This document shows, in pieces, positions 10,007 to 19,557 of a DNA stretch of 64,000 nucleotides (position 1 is its first letter; each line of letters opens with the position of its first letter). The notes beneath the pieces were generated by a model. The model had not been told where the DNA came from. It saw nothing but the letters and a program-made list of their open reading frames with translations, and ran no database searches. The stretch spans positions 448,001 through 512,000 of the forward strand of contig CAVRAO010000002.1 of assembly GCA_963719035.1 (NCBI GenBank), written 5' to 3'. A program made the translations under genes and the position numbers. The DNA comes from Methanobacteriota archaeon. Its GTDB lineage: Archaea > Halobacteriota > Bog-38 > Methanoflorentales > Methanoflorentaceae.

Positions 10007-11380
10007 ATGGAGCAACTCTTAAAACGTGCACGAGAGTGTGCGCATGCGCTTGAAAAGCAAGACGAAGTATTAATCGTCTCTCACGTCGACGCAGATGGAC
10101 TTGCGTCTGCTGGAATAATATGCCGTGCGCTTGACAGAATTGAAAAAGGTTACGAAGTTAAAATCGTTAAGAAACTAGACCCTTCAGTTTTCCAGGATGT
10201 CTCAAGCGCAGAAGCCGTGATATTCACTGACCTAGGAAGCGGAAGCCTCGATTTGATAGACGATCTCGGGCCCCTGTGCGTAATTGCAGATCACCACCAG
10301 CCAGCAGGCAGATCTGACACGGCGCTGCACTTGAATCCGCATCTATTCGGTTTTAATGGGGCTACCGACTTGAGCGGATCCGGGGCCACATATTTGATTG
10401 CTAGGGCCCTTGGAGAGAACGCTGACCTTTCAGATTTAGCTGTAGTCGGTGCCGTCGGGGACCTCCAGCACGTGAGAGAAGGGCGACTTCGAGGAGTGAA
10501 CAGACTTATCCTCGACGAAGCTGAAAAATACGCTACAGTCGCAGTCGAAAAGGATTTGCAGGCTTTTGGCAAACAAACGCGACCCATTCATAAGCTCCTT
10601 GAATATGCATCAAATCCATATATACCCGGGATCACCGGAAACAGCGAACAAATTTTGGGATTCTTGACTTCTTTAAACATTGAGCTTCAAGAAGAAGGCA
10701 AATGGAAGAAGTGGATCGATCTCAGCAGCGTCGAAAGGCGCACAATAATATCTGCCCTCATCCAACGATGCTTAGCGCAAGGTATGCCCCCTGAAACAAT
10801 CCAGAACCTCGTTGGCGAAGTCTATACTCTGTTAAAAGAAGAACGCGGGACCGCCCTTCGAGATGCGTCGGAGTATGCCACACTGCTCAACGCTACTGCA
10901 CGATATGGCTTCGAAAAGATCGGTATTGCCGTTTGCATGGGTGATCGAGAAGGTAGTTACCGGAAATCCAACGAACTTCTGTTGATGCACCGAGAGAACT
11001 TAGTACGAGGCCTCAACTACGTTAGACAGTCAGGCGTGACAACGCTTTCGAACTTGCAGTACTTCCACGCAGGAGACAATATACTCGAAACGATTGTTGG
11101 GATCGTTGCTGGAATGTGTAAGAACTTAGATGGCGTAAATATGCACCTGCCAATCGTCGGTTTGGCAAACTCTGACGAGGGAGTGAAAGTGTCTGCTCGA
11201 GGAACCCAAACTCTTGTTCGGCGCCGTTTGAACTTGGCAAGAGCTATGAGTGAAGCTGCTAACTCAGTTGGAGGGGTGGGAGGTGGCCATGATATCGCCG
11301 CTGGAGCAACGATTCCCGAAGGGACTGAAACAGAGTTCCTCAAGCATCTGAACCAATTGGTTGGACTGCAGCTTTCGTAA
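10007..11380 (+). CDS. DHH/DHHA1 phosphoesterase (archaeal RecJ-like nuclease)
   Basis: SHVDADG, FTDLG, ADHH, GGGHDIAAGA. Confidence 0.9.
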   Translation: MEQLLKRARECAHALEKQDEVLIVSHVDADGLASAGIICRALDRIEKGYEVKIVKKLDPSVFQDVSSAEAVIFTDLGSGSLDLIDDLGPLCVIADHHQPAGRSDTALHLNPHLFGFNGATDLSGSGATYLIARALGENADLSDLAVVGAVGDLQHVREGRLRGVNRLILDEAEKYATVAVEKDLQAFGKQTRPIHKLLEYASNPYIPGITGNSEQILGFLTSLNIELQEEGKWKKWIDLSSVERRTIISALIQRCLAQGMPPETIQNLVGEVYTLLKEERGTALRDASEYATLLNATARYGFEKIGIAVCMGDREGSYRKSNELLLMHRENLVRGLNYVRQSGVTTLSNLQYFHAGDNILETIVGIVAGMCKNLDGVNMHLPIVGLANSDEGVKVSARGTQTLVRRRLNLARAMSEAANSVGGVGGGHDIAAGATIPEGTETEFLKHLNQLVGLQLS

Positions 11381-11389
11381 CGCATTTAC
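11318..11389 (+). repeat. 72-bp direct repeat, left copy (attL-like)
   Basis: Identical to 14393-14464; covers the last 63 bp of the DHH gene plus 9 bp. Confidence 0.95.
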
Positions 11390-11674
11390 TTGCTTTTTTG
11401 AGCTTTCTGCTATGTTTTCCTGTAACTCATTTGAATCTGTACCGCTGCTGAGACCACAACAAGAAAAGCAAGTGCACCATCGTGAACCGTTTGATAAATG
11501 CGCGTTGAAAGTCCAGCAAGATTTGAGAAAGAGTGTGGTAAGCGGATTGTGGGATAATCTGTAACCTGCTTTTGCGTGATGGAGCGATATCTTGCTGCTG
11601 TGAATCTCCAATAACTCGTGTTTGGGCAATGCAGCCTCAGCGAAAAGCTCTGAGTAATGTTCACCCACTAACAT
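11390..11674 (-). pseudogene. putative int(N) fragment (AbrB-like small domain), frameshifted
   Basis: Joining frames gives HSSKISLHHAKAGYDYPTIRLPHSFSNLAGLSTRIYQTVHDGALAFLVV, homologous to 23130-23528; the main frame runs open through attL. Confidence 0.6.
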
Positions 11675-11731
11675 AATAGAGAACGAAGCCGATGCTAGTC
11701 ACTTAAGCGTTGTGATTAGCCGCAGTGGACA

Positions 11732-11895
11732 AAGTTCGGCGGCAACACGGTGACATAATTCAGTGGGATCAATCAAACCGAGCGTACATTATGACGCATG
11801 GCGTGAGTGGAATAGATTGAAAGCACTACAAGCATCCGCTGCCGGAGAACGTGTACGATGTGTATCTGCGGTATTGGGGGGACGTGCGGTTCTAG
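11732..11895 (+). pseudogene. tyrosine recombinase C-terminal catalytic fragment
   Basis: KF/QHGDIIQWDQSNRAYIMTHGVSGID*KHYKHPLPENVYDVYLRYWGDVRF; His...Tyr spacing of box II; internal TGA at 11818. Confidence 0.6.
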
Positions 11896-11962
11896 CATCC
11901 GAGAGAGCTAACGCGCCGATATTGTGGTAACTTTATTAGGGGCAAATGTAAACGTGAGTATC

Positions 11963-12743
11963 TTACAGTGCAAACTTCTCTTCGTCTGACAAACTGCCTG
12001 CTAGCTCGCTAAAAAGTTCGTTTCTAATCAGATCCTCTTCTCCCCCCAACTCATGATAGAACTCGTAAATGAAATTTGATGATTCTGTTTCCCGTTTCTC
12101 GTTATTAGCCCGTTGACGCCTCATCCAGTCAATAGATCCTTTTCTTAGTTTTTCTATATCAAGCGCGTAAATTCCGTCATATAATCTTTCAATGTAAATA
12201 CCGTGCATGTAAATCGTGAATAGCCTCGCCTTGATCTTCCGGTAGTGCTCTACCTCCCGCTGCTTCCGAAAAGTCCCTCGCTCCCGCTGCTCGCAAATCA
12301 ATCTGCTTTAATAACTCCTGTATAGCTCGATAAAAAGCCTCTATAGCATATGCGTCTTCAAGTTCATAGAAGCGGTTCGGGTTTGTGCGAGTGTAATCAT
12401 AAACGTCTGTGCTGACATCCTCAGATACTCTCGTCTTTAGTTCGTCCCAATTTGTCCAAAAGAACTTCTTAACGGTCTGCTCCGACGTGGGTCGATCTTG
12501 AGCCACAATGGCGAGAATAATAACACGAACCATCCAGCCAATCTCATTGTAGAGTGCGTTTCTCAGCGCTTCTTTTTCTGTTTCGCGTATTCTTTTTTGA
12601 CGTCTCGTCTCAAGAAGTGTTGCACCTAAAAAAGCTACAAGTATAGAACCAGCCAAAGCTAGAATCGGTCCAAAAAATGTTATTGTCTGTGCATCAATTT
12701 GCCGATCACGCTGCAATTCACTCCTTTTTTCGATTCGCTTCAC
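11963..12743 (-). pseudogene. membrane-anchored hypothetical protein, probably one frameshifted gene
   Basis: Overlapping ORFs 12189-12743 (N-terminal TM) and 11963-12301. Confidence 0.45.
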
Positions 12744-12904
12744 ACAATCATTGAGGTAAGCGTGTCAACTATATACTTACGATCGATAGTTGATGACGGT
12801 TGAATCGTGAATCGGTTCCATTGCCACGCTCGCGCCGTACAGCCCACTATAGACAGCGATACTATCACGGCAATCAATATAATGGCGAAGAACTTTTTTT
12901 CCAT
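12740..12904 (-). CDS. short or truncated lipoprotein
   Basis: MEKKFFAIILIAVIVSLSIVGCT lipobox; 54 aa, below the ORF-track cutoff. Confidence 0.45.
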   Translation of the reverse strand: MEKKFFAIILIAVIVSLSIVGCTARAWQWNRFTIQPSSTIDRKYIVDTLTSMIV

Positions 12905-13202
12905 ACAAATGCCTTCTTTGACTTAAAATCTTAAACATACCGATAGGAGCGAGCACGTTTAAATTTTCGCATTTAAAGCTGCGAATTAAGCCGCTATCAT
13001 CCAGACGCAGAAAGACGAGTAATCTTACAAATAAGTCTATAGCCGATCAATTGTAGTCCTATGATGCTGAGGCCGGTAGTAGTTTTAGGTTAAAACAAAT
13101 CGAATCTTCATGACCGTGGCCTGCTTGAGGCCATTACCCGAAAGAGTGAAATGACAAAACAATATTCAAGCAATGATTAGTTCTTTTTCCAAGTCCGTAC
13201 TT

Positions 13203-13397
13203 TCACTCTCTCGTAAAGAGGTCACACTCCGAGGTAAACTCTAGCGGACACGTTCGGCGTCTCGTACATCCTAAACATAATGGTATAATATAATCAGCAA
13301 CGCACTTGTCAAACTCAGTGCAAGGGCAGTTTGCAGATCGCGGCTTGCCTCCGTGAATCGGACAGTCCAAACCCAAGCCATAATCAACCTCGCTCAT
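13203..13397 (-). CDS. 64-aa Cys-rich small protein
   Basis: GGAGG RBS before ATG at 13397; 8 Cys. Confidence 0.5.
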   Translation of the reverse strand: MSEVDYGLGLDCPIHGGKPRSANCPCTEFDKCVADYIIPLCLGCTRRRTCPLEFTSECDLFTRE

Positions 13398-13470
13398 GCT
13401 CAGTCCTCCCTTATTTTCATCCAATACCCAGCATCCTACCGCTGTTGCCGTAACTGGCTTTAATAAAAGT

Positions 13471-13984
13471 CTAAAGCTTCCCAAAGGCTACCCCTTGGTA
13501 TGTCCAGCCGCATTTAGTGACCGCCTCCTGCAGCGGTCCCTTGATCTCGCGCGTATCGAAACGATATTTGTACACCTGGCCTGGTTCTAATTCTTCCGTA
13601 AAGGCATATGCCGTGCCGAACTCAACCTTTTGCATCTGACCTTTGAAAGCAGTCGCAGACAGCGAAAGACTCGGCACCCCCGCAGACCATCAGACACAGG
13701 TACTCGCGATCCGAAGCACGCACGCTGTGGTTCATCTCATCGAGTTTCATGTAGATCTTGAAAACCTTGGTTAGGCCGGCTTTAGCAAAGATTTCGTACC
13801 ACTGGGCGTCGACTATCTTCCATTCCGCAATCAGGTCAACGCCTTCGCTAGTGCCGTCTATGATCCGGTAGGGTGCGCTGGCACGGTTTAAACTCAAGAG
13901 CGCAGCACGCACCTGTGAATCCGGCAAGACTGTTATACCTGGCTGTGGTCGCTTGGTAGATGAAAGCCTATCTAAGAACCCCAT
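13471..13984 (-). pseudogene. hypothetical protein split by a frameshift near 13695
   Basis: ...RASDREY then WSAGVPSLSLSATAFKGQ...GVAFGKL in the +1 frame; GGAGG RBS. Confidence 0.6.
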
Positions 13985-13987
13985 TGT

Positions 13988-14392
13988 TTACCTCCAAAAA
14001 TAATCTGTGTTGTTGTATCTTAGCTTTATAATGCTCACACTTAGCGAGTTGAGGAGTAGCCCTTCTTTTCGGTGCGCGACATATTGATCGAGTTCATCTT
14101 TAGTAAAAGAGTGAGGGTTATTCGGTTCAACGGGTTGTCGTTGTTGTTGCAGCTGCAGCCATCCCTCCAACGCTTCAACATTCCTTCTTTGCAGATCCCG
14201 CTGTTCTGCTTCGTGCTTGTATGCCTCAAGACCCTGCTTGATAACGATATCCTGCAAAGATGTGGATGCGATTTTTCTTTTTTCTGCATCCGTCAGCGTG
14301 CCAGAGTTGTGCAACTTTTCAGCAGAGTTGTGCAACTTCTTGCCTTTAGACCGGATGTTATCCGTTATAATTTTCGCGTCCGATTGTAAAAA
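13988..14392 (-). pseudogene. putative start of int(C), truncated
   Basis: Open frame continuing in phase out of attR; no catalytic residues retained. Confidence 0.5.
14302..14338. repeat. tandem 16-bp repeat CAGAGTTGTGCAACTT, period 21
   Basis: Copies at 14302 and 14323. Confidence 0.85.
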
Positions 14393-14464
14393 GAAGGGAC
14401 TGAAACAGAGTTCCTCAAGCATCTGAACCAATTGGTTGGACTGCAGCTTTCGTAACGCATTTAC
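14393..14464 (+). repeat. 72-bp direct repeat, right copy (attR-like)
   Basis: Identical to 11318-11389; includes the stop codon of the convergent NrpR-domain gene. Confidence 0.95.
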
Positions 14465-15204
14465 GATGACAACAAATTGTAGTCCATATCGTGCACATCT
14501 GCTAAGCCTGAAATCGCACTTGTCTGTATCTCTATGCCACTCTCCTTGACCGCTGCCATAGAGTTTATTCCACCAATTATCGCAACTCCAACGTGGCCCC
14601 TATTCACTGGCATTTCCAACAGATCTGAGTTAGGCTCACCAACCTCCAATATCCCTTTAAACCCAATGTCCATCAACTCTGAAAGTAGATTCTCAAGCTG
14701 CGTCCCGGCTGCCATCGGCACTTCTCGGACGCTTGCCAATACCTTACCAGATCCCGTATTGATCATCTCTAAAACAGAGGTGAGTTCCTGAGACATAAAC
14801 ACGTCAAGGGGGTCCAGCGTGGTCGAATCATAACGCAGAATGTCCGTGAACCTCACTGGCATCTTTTCGGTCACCTGAACTATGCCTCCACACAGTGGTT
14901 TTACTGGGATGCCTGCCTTAAGCAGCACGCCGTCAATCGTGATGCTACAAATGGTGAGTATGCCGTTGAAACCTCTTTGAATTGAGACGCCTTGAAAACT
15001 CTCGCCACCTTCGATAATTCGCACATAGGGACCAACGTTGAGTCCAGCGGCATACACGCGCTTAAATATACCCAATGCTTGTTCTAAATCACGTTCAGCA
15101 ACAACCGCCGTGTTAAAAGCTATTGTGCCGTCACCCGACCGCGGGTTGAAAGTTATACCATATATAACTTCACCGATTCTTGACGACATGAATTTGAGCT
15201 TCAT
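14461..15204 (-). CDS. NrpR regulatory (NRD/DUF128) domain protein, NrpRII-like
   Basis: TICSITIDGVLLKAGIP, YDSTTLDPLDVF, GGINSMAA; no HTH. Confidence 0.85.
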   Translation of the reverse strand: MKLKFMSSRIGEVIYGITFNPRSGDGTIAFNTAVVAERDLEQALGIFKRVYAAGLNVGPYVRIIEGGESFQGVSIQRGFNGILTICSITIDGVLLKAGIPVKPLCGGIVQVTEKMPVRFTDILRYDSTTLDPLDVFMSQELTSVLEMINTGSGKVLASVREVPMAAGTQLENLLSELMDIGFKGILEVGEPNSDLLEMPVNRGHVGVAIIGGINSMAAVKESGIEIQTSAISGLADVHDMDYNLLSS

Positions 15205-15719
15205 TCAATGCACCTCTTGGACTTGACGGGTAAAGGTCGCTCAAAAAGGCCCTCGACCGCATATTTTCCATCACTACGGGGTATGAGCTTAGATCCTTTT
15301 ATTTCTTCAATCGAGAAACCAACTTGCCCTTCAACGTAGCGACGCCAAACATCTGGCCAGTTTACGAAATATGCAGCCTTGGATTTGCCAGACCCCATTC
15401 TCAATTCCACGGCGAGATATCCTGTTCGACCAGATTTCTGTATAAATTCCTGCATTTTAGTTGCCTGATGCTCGCCTCGCTTATTAACTGAAAAGTGCTG
15501 TGAGAAATATAAAGCAGTCGCACCTTTGGCAGCTGAGATGCTTTTGCATTCAATGCCGAGATACAGTCGGCGATCTGACGAATCTACCAAGACATCAAGC
15601 ATCTGTTGCGAAAACTGATGTTGTTTCATCCTATATGCAATCGCATCGAGGCCACTTTCGCTAAAGTAATTGTTAAATGATCTAACGAGCTCTCTTTCAA
15701 AATTGCTCATTGGCCGCAC
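15201..15719 (-). CDS. PD-(D/E)xK nuclease, Holliday junction resolvase-like
   Basis: FERELV, DVLVDS, GIECKS. Confidence 0.7.
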   Translation of the reverse strand: MRPMSNFERELVRSFNNYFSESGLDAIAYRMKQHQFSQQMLDVLVDSSDRRLYLGIECKSISAAKGATALYFSQHFSVNKRGEHQATKMQEFIQKSGRTGYLAVELRMGSGKSKAAYFVNWPDVWRRYVEGQVGFSIEEIKGSKLIPRSDGKYAVEGLFERPLPVKSKRCIE

Positions 15720-15810
15720 TTTATCTTAGTACTATAAAGGATATCCGCTGGTTAACCGAAGCACAGACCGTAGGGGCAAAATGGTGCTTGTCTTTAACTC
15801 TGCGCACCCC

Positions 15811-16845
15811 TTACGCTATGAAGAATTTAGTTTGGTGACGCTTTAAAAAGCCTTCTGCTTCGAGTTTTTGAAGATTGCTCGAAATTAAGTGAGGATCGAC
15901 GTTAAGCTGTCGCATTAAATCAGTTTCAGTGATCCCAGAATGAGTGACTATCAAAGAGATTATCTTACCACGCAATTGCCTATTGGAGCCTTCAAAAGGC
16001 ACTTGTTTCTTATATTGAGCGCTATTTCGGCTTGGATTTTTATGCAGCTTCTTCAACATCGCACCATAATCCATGAGCGCGTAATACCAACTACGAGGGT
16101 TTGACCGATCAAGCGTGCACTCGACTAGCGGATAGAGTTTATCGTCTTCTACGCCTTGTTCATCGGCGTAAAAGGCGTGGATGAACACTGTTCTTATATT
16201 TGTCTCTATAAAAACCGACGGTATGTCGAACGCAAAAGTTCGTATCGCACATGCAGTCGCGTTTCCTACACCCGGCATGCCTACGAGGGCCGAGTAGTCA
16301 GATGGCAGCTTTCCTCCAAATTGTGCTTCAACGGTTTGAGCTATTCGTTTGAGAGCGATTGCTCGCTTATTATATCCTAAACCGTGCCAAACCTCGAGCA
16401 CATTTTTTAGCGGAGCGCGGGAAAGCGCTGAAAAACTCGGAAAGTTGTTTAAAAACAACTGATACTTGACAAGTACTCGCTCTACTTGGGTTTGTTGTAA
16501 CATAAGCTCGGAGACGAGAATTTTGTATGGATCGCGAGTCTCTCTCCATGGAAGGACTCGACCTTCACTCCGGTAATGTCGATAAATCCGTTCTTGAAAA
16601 CTTGTGATCTGAGCAGCACTTAAATCGCAAATTGTTCGGCGACGTCGTCCGTTGTGTTTGATAATACCAACTCCAACTATAGACATAGGAGCAAAGGCCG
16701 GTATTTTCGTCGTTCTATCTATAAGCTTCTTAAGGGAATTCGAAAGGCTGCGAAGTAAATGGCTTGAGGATGGACTCCTGCCTGCGAACTCTGAGACACT
16801 TGTTCTGTGGCGCTCTTGATATAAACCCGACAAGAGATGTTTCAC
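15811..16845 (-). CDS. HhH-GPD adenine glycosylase, MutY-like (true start probably downstream of 16845)
   Basis: LPWRETRDPYKILVSELMLQQTQVERV, GLGYNKRA, PGVGNATA, ALMDYG. Confidence 0.85.
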   Translation of the reverse strand: MKHLLSGLYQERHRTSVSEFAGRSPSSSHLLRSLSNSLKKLIDRTTKIPAFAPMSIVGVGIIKHNGRRRRTICDLSAAQITSFQERIYRHYRSEGRVLPWRETRDPYKILVSELMLQQTQVERVLVKYQLFLNNFPSFSALSRAPLKNVLEVWHGLGYNKRAIALKRIAQTVEAQFGGKLPSDYSALVGMPGVGNATACAIRTFAFDIPSVFIETNIRTVFIHAFYADEQGVEDDKLYPLVECTLDRSNPRSWYYALMDYGAMLKKLHKNPSRNSAQYKKQVPFEGSNRQLRGKIISLIVTHSGITETDLMRQLNVDPHLISSNLQKLEAEGFLKRHQTKFFIA

Positions 16846-17115
16846 GCAAGAAAAGAGACCATCAACGCTTCTAATAAACGGTATTATAGCTATTATCTGA
16901 TTAACGTATTAACACCGGTAAGCGAAGGCACGTGCGCTCATTTTAAACAAAAAAGAGGCATCACACGGAGTGTTGCTCTATATGACAGCAACTGCTTTAA
17001 CCGACTTCTGCTAGTACTATCAAAAACCGTGACATTACGATGCTCTCAAAACACTGGTTCAGTCGAATTTCAAGGAGAATTCACATTTTTTGCGAGTCTT
17101 TTGCTAGTCTTATTA

Positions 17116-17619
17116 TTACAACAAAAAAACTGCGACTGACAAAACAGTAGTCCACGAGCTGTCTGCGCCAACGACCGCAGTTGTAGCAACGTTAAACGTT
17201 TCCTTCGGTTTAGAATCGGTCCCGGTCTCGTACATGCTCGACGCCAATCTCTCAGCGTAGGCGCCTGAGCTCTCTGTCGCCTCGCCAAACGCGTGGTGCT
17301 CTGAAATATAGCCAAAATCATCAGGATTCTTGGGAATTGCACAACCTAATGACGCTGAGATTCTCCTATTCGGTTCATTAGACGCCAGTCTAGACATTAC
17401 GCAGAAAACTATTTCTCCGGGAAGTAGTCGGCTGAGCCCGTTATCCTTAGGGATAATTTCGCAATTCGGCGGCAATATTGAACTCACAGTGACAAGATTG
17501 AATTTCTCTATACCTGCATCTCTCAAAGCTTTTTCAAAACTCTCTAAGTTCTCTCGGTGTGTTCCAACACCGGTTGAAAAAAAGATCTTTTTTGGCAATA
17601 ACCTCATCTTGACTATCAC
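17116..17619 (-). CDS. pdaD: pyruvoyl-dependent arginine decarboxylase
   Basis: SFEKALRDAGIEKFNLVTVSSILPP; GYISEHH. Confidence 0.9.
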   Translation of the reverse strand: MIVKMRLLPKKIFFSTGVGTHRENLESFEKALRDAGIEKFNLVTVSSILPPNCEIIPKDNGLSRLLPGEIVFCVMSRLASNEPNRRISASLGCAIPKNPDDFGYISEHHAFGEATESSGAYAERLASSMYETGTDSKPKETFNVATTAVVGADSSWTTVLSVAVFLL

Positions 17620-17662
17620 GCCCCTTTAAATCTCGTATATAGCAAAACATATCACACTGTAA

Positions 17663-17851
17663 GTGTTTTTAACCTTTATGCAAAGAATGGTACTCGAAGT
17701 AGTGACTTTGATTGTTTCTGTTGCCTTTTTCATAGCCTTACTGCTCGCCGTTCATCTATCGAACGCTGGATCGCTCGGATATATACTTGGGATCCTTGTA
17801 TTTGTTTTGATTGTTAGTGTCGCCGGGACCAGAATTGCCTCTTACGAATAG
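17663..17851 (+). CDS. small 2-TM protein
   Basis: Hydrophobic 62-aa ORF. Confidence 0.45.
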   Translation: MFLTFMQRMVLEVVTLIVSVAFFIALLLAVHLSNAGSLGYILGILVFVLIVSVAGTRIASYE

Positions 17852-17920
17852 AATTGCCGCCGGACTGGAGCGAGGTTTAGGCTACTAAAGCCGATATTTC
17901 CTTAATATTAGGGGTTTTTC

Positions 17921-18340
17921 ATGAAAACAAAAACAGACCGCATAAAAATGGACACTTTAGGCGGCGTCCAGATCATAGACATAACAAACCATGTCCAAGA
18001 ACTTCTTACAAAAAGCAACTTAAATGATGGCTTGGCTACGGTTTTTGTTCCAGGCTCAACTGCATCTGTAACGACGATAGAATACGAGCCTGGCCTCATC
18101 GCGGACATCAAAAAGGCACTTGATCGGATAGCTCCAAGAGATGGTCACTATGAGCACGACCAACGATGGCATGACGGTAACGGACATTCACATGTAAGAG
18201 CAGCGTTTTTGAAACCAAGCGTCGCAATTCCATTCTCTGACAAAACCTTAATGCTCGGTACCTGGCAACAGCTTGTGTTCATTGAACTCGACGTCAGGCC
18301 TCGCAACAGGACTATCGTTGTCCAGCTTATGGGCGACTAA
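17921..18340 (+). CDS. yjbQ: YjbQ/UPF0047 family protein
   Basis: NGHSHVRA, LGTWQ. Confidence 0.9.
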   Translation: MKTKTDRIKMDTLGGVQIIDITNHVQELLTKSNLNDGLATVFVPGSTASVTTIEYEPGLIADIKKALDRIAPRDGHYEHDQRWHDGNGHSHVRAAFLKPSVAIPFSDKTLMLGTWQQLVFIELDVRPRNRTIVVQLMGD

Positions 18341-18908
18341 GCATGCTTAAGTCGAATGTTAACTGAGCGGCACGTTCGATATCTTCTGCCACGATGAACG
18401 CTTGCTCGAGGTTGGCCCCGACAGCAATCAACCCATGATTCTGCAGAAGGGCCCCTTTGCACCCCGAAATCCCGCGAGATACTGCGTCACCCAAGTCGGA
18501 AGTACCTGGTTCTTCATAAGGAATCAACGGAACGCGACCTAAGAGGTATTTTCCCTCAACATCAGGTGATTCTAGATCACGCCCCAAGCATGATAATGCT
18601 GTTGCAAAGCGTGAATGAGCGTGCACAATTGCAGAACATTCCGTCGCGTTATAAATCGCTAGATGTGTCGGCAACTCGCTCGAAGGACGTTTTCCTTGAA
18701 GATGTTCCCCCGCCATTGTTACGACAGACACATCATCCGGCCGAATTCGATAGCGAGGAACCTTTGTTGGAGATATGAACACGATTTGTTCGGCCCGTAC
18801 GCTTATGTTACCGCTTAATGACGATGTAAGGCCGCGCTCATATAACAGGCCCGTGTATTTCGTGATTTCCGTTTTCAATAGCAGCGCCCGCGTTTCTGTC
18901 GTTGCCAA
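18327..18908 (-). CDS. class II aldolase/adducin family protein
   Basis: GNISVR, PSSELPTH, VHAHS, NHG. Confidence 0.9.
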   Translation of the reverse strand: MATTETRALLLKTEITKYTGLLYERGLTSSLSGNISVRAEQIVFISPTKVPRYRIRPDDVSVVTMAGEHLQGKRPSSELPTHLAIYNATECSAIVHAHSRFATALSCLGRDLESPDVEGKYLLGRVPLIPYEEPGTSDLGDAVSRGISGCKGALLQNHGLIAVGANLEQAFIVAEDIERAAQLTFDLSMLSRP

Positions 18909-18964
18909 TAAAGAGCCTCCGTTTTAGCTTTCGCGCTTTCAGACTCGCTTCAGAAGTCTGATCA

Positions 18965-19495
18965 CTACACTAAATGAACGATTCTAAGCAGTTCGACGGT
19001 TATAATGATTAACGTTCCAAGTCCAACCATCTTGGCCACCGACATTATGTAGTTTTGTCTCGAAATGTATCCTGAATATACACCTAAGGCAACTAATGTT
19101 ATCAAGCTTAAAACGACGGAAACGAACGCCGAACCTACCCCTAATATCCACGGCGCTAACGGGACAAGGCTTGCCAGAAAGCTGGCGCCGCCGTGAGTTA
19201 ATGCATCCTTTAGGATTCTTTTTTTACTTTGCGATTCGACATACGTATTGCTTAGCTTCCTCAGAAGGGATTTCTCGGTCTTAACGAGCTTTCCATGCTC
19301 AATTGTACTCTCCGCTAAATACGACCCCATGCCGTTGGTTAACGCCAGCGCAATCGCGCCTCCAAAACCGGCACTAACGACAATCACGTTAGAAGCGCTT
19401 ACTACTGAAACGCCTAAAATTATTCCAAGCGTGGCAAGAAGTCCGTCAATAGATCCGAGTATTAAGTAACGCCCTTCCTCAATATTAAAGCTCAT
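18965..19495 (-). CDS. VIT1/CCC1-family transporter
   Basis: LGSIDGLLATLG; paired with DUF211. Confidence 0.8.
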   Translation of the reverse strand: MSFNIEEGRYLILGSIDGLLATLGIILGVSVVSASNVIVVSAGFGGAIALALTNGMGSYLAESTIEHGKLVKTEKSLLRKLSNTYVESQSKKRILKDALTHGGASFLASLVPLAPWILGVGSAFVSVVLSLITLVALGVYSGYISRQNYIMSVAKMVGLGTLIIITVELLRIVHLV

Positions 19496-19557
19496 GGACG
19501 TCTTATTACTGAAAAAACTTCTGTGCAGAGGTTAAAAACTAAATTTCCGGCTGGAAT

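Larger units (their letters stand above)
11318..14464. mobile_element. degenerate integrative islet inserted at the 3' end of the DHH gene
   Basis: Perfect 72-bp flanking repeats, integrase-like relics, decayed cargo. Confidence 0.8.

Noticed and set aside
14302-14338. Mini CRISPR array
   Set aside because: Only two 16-bp units with a 5-bp spacer; no cas genes
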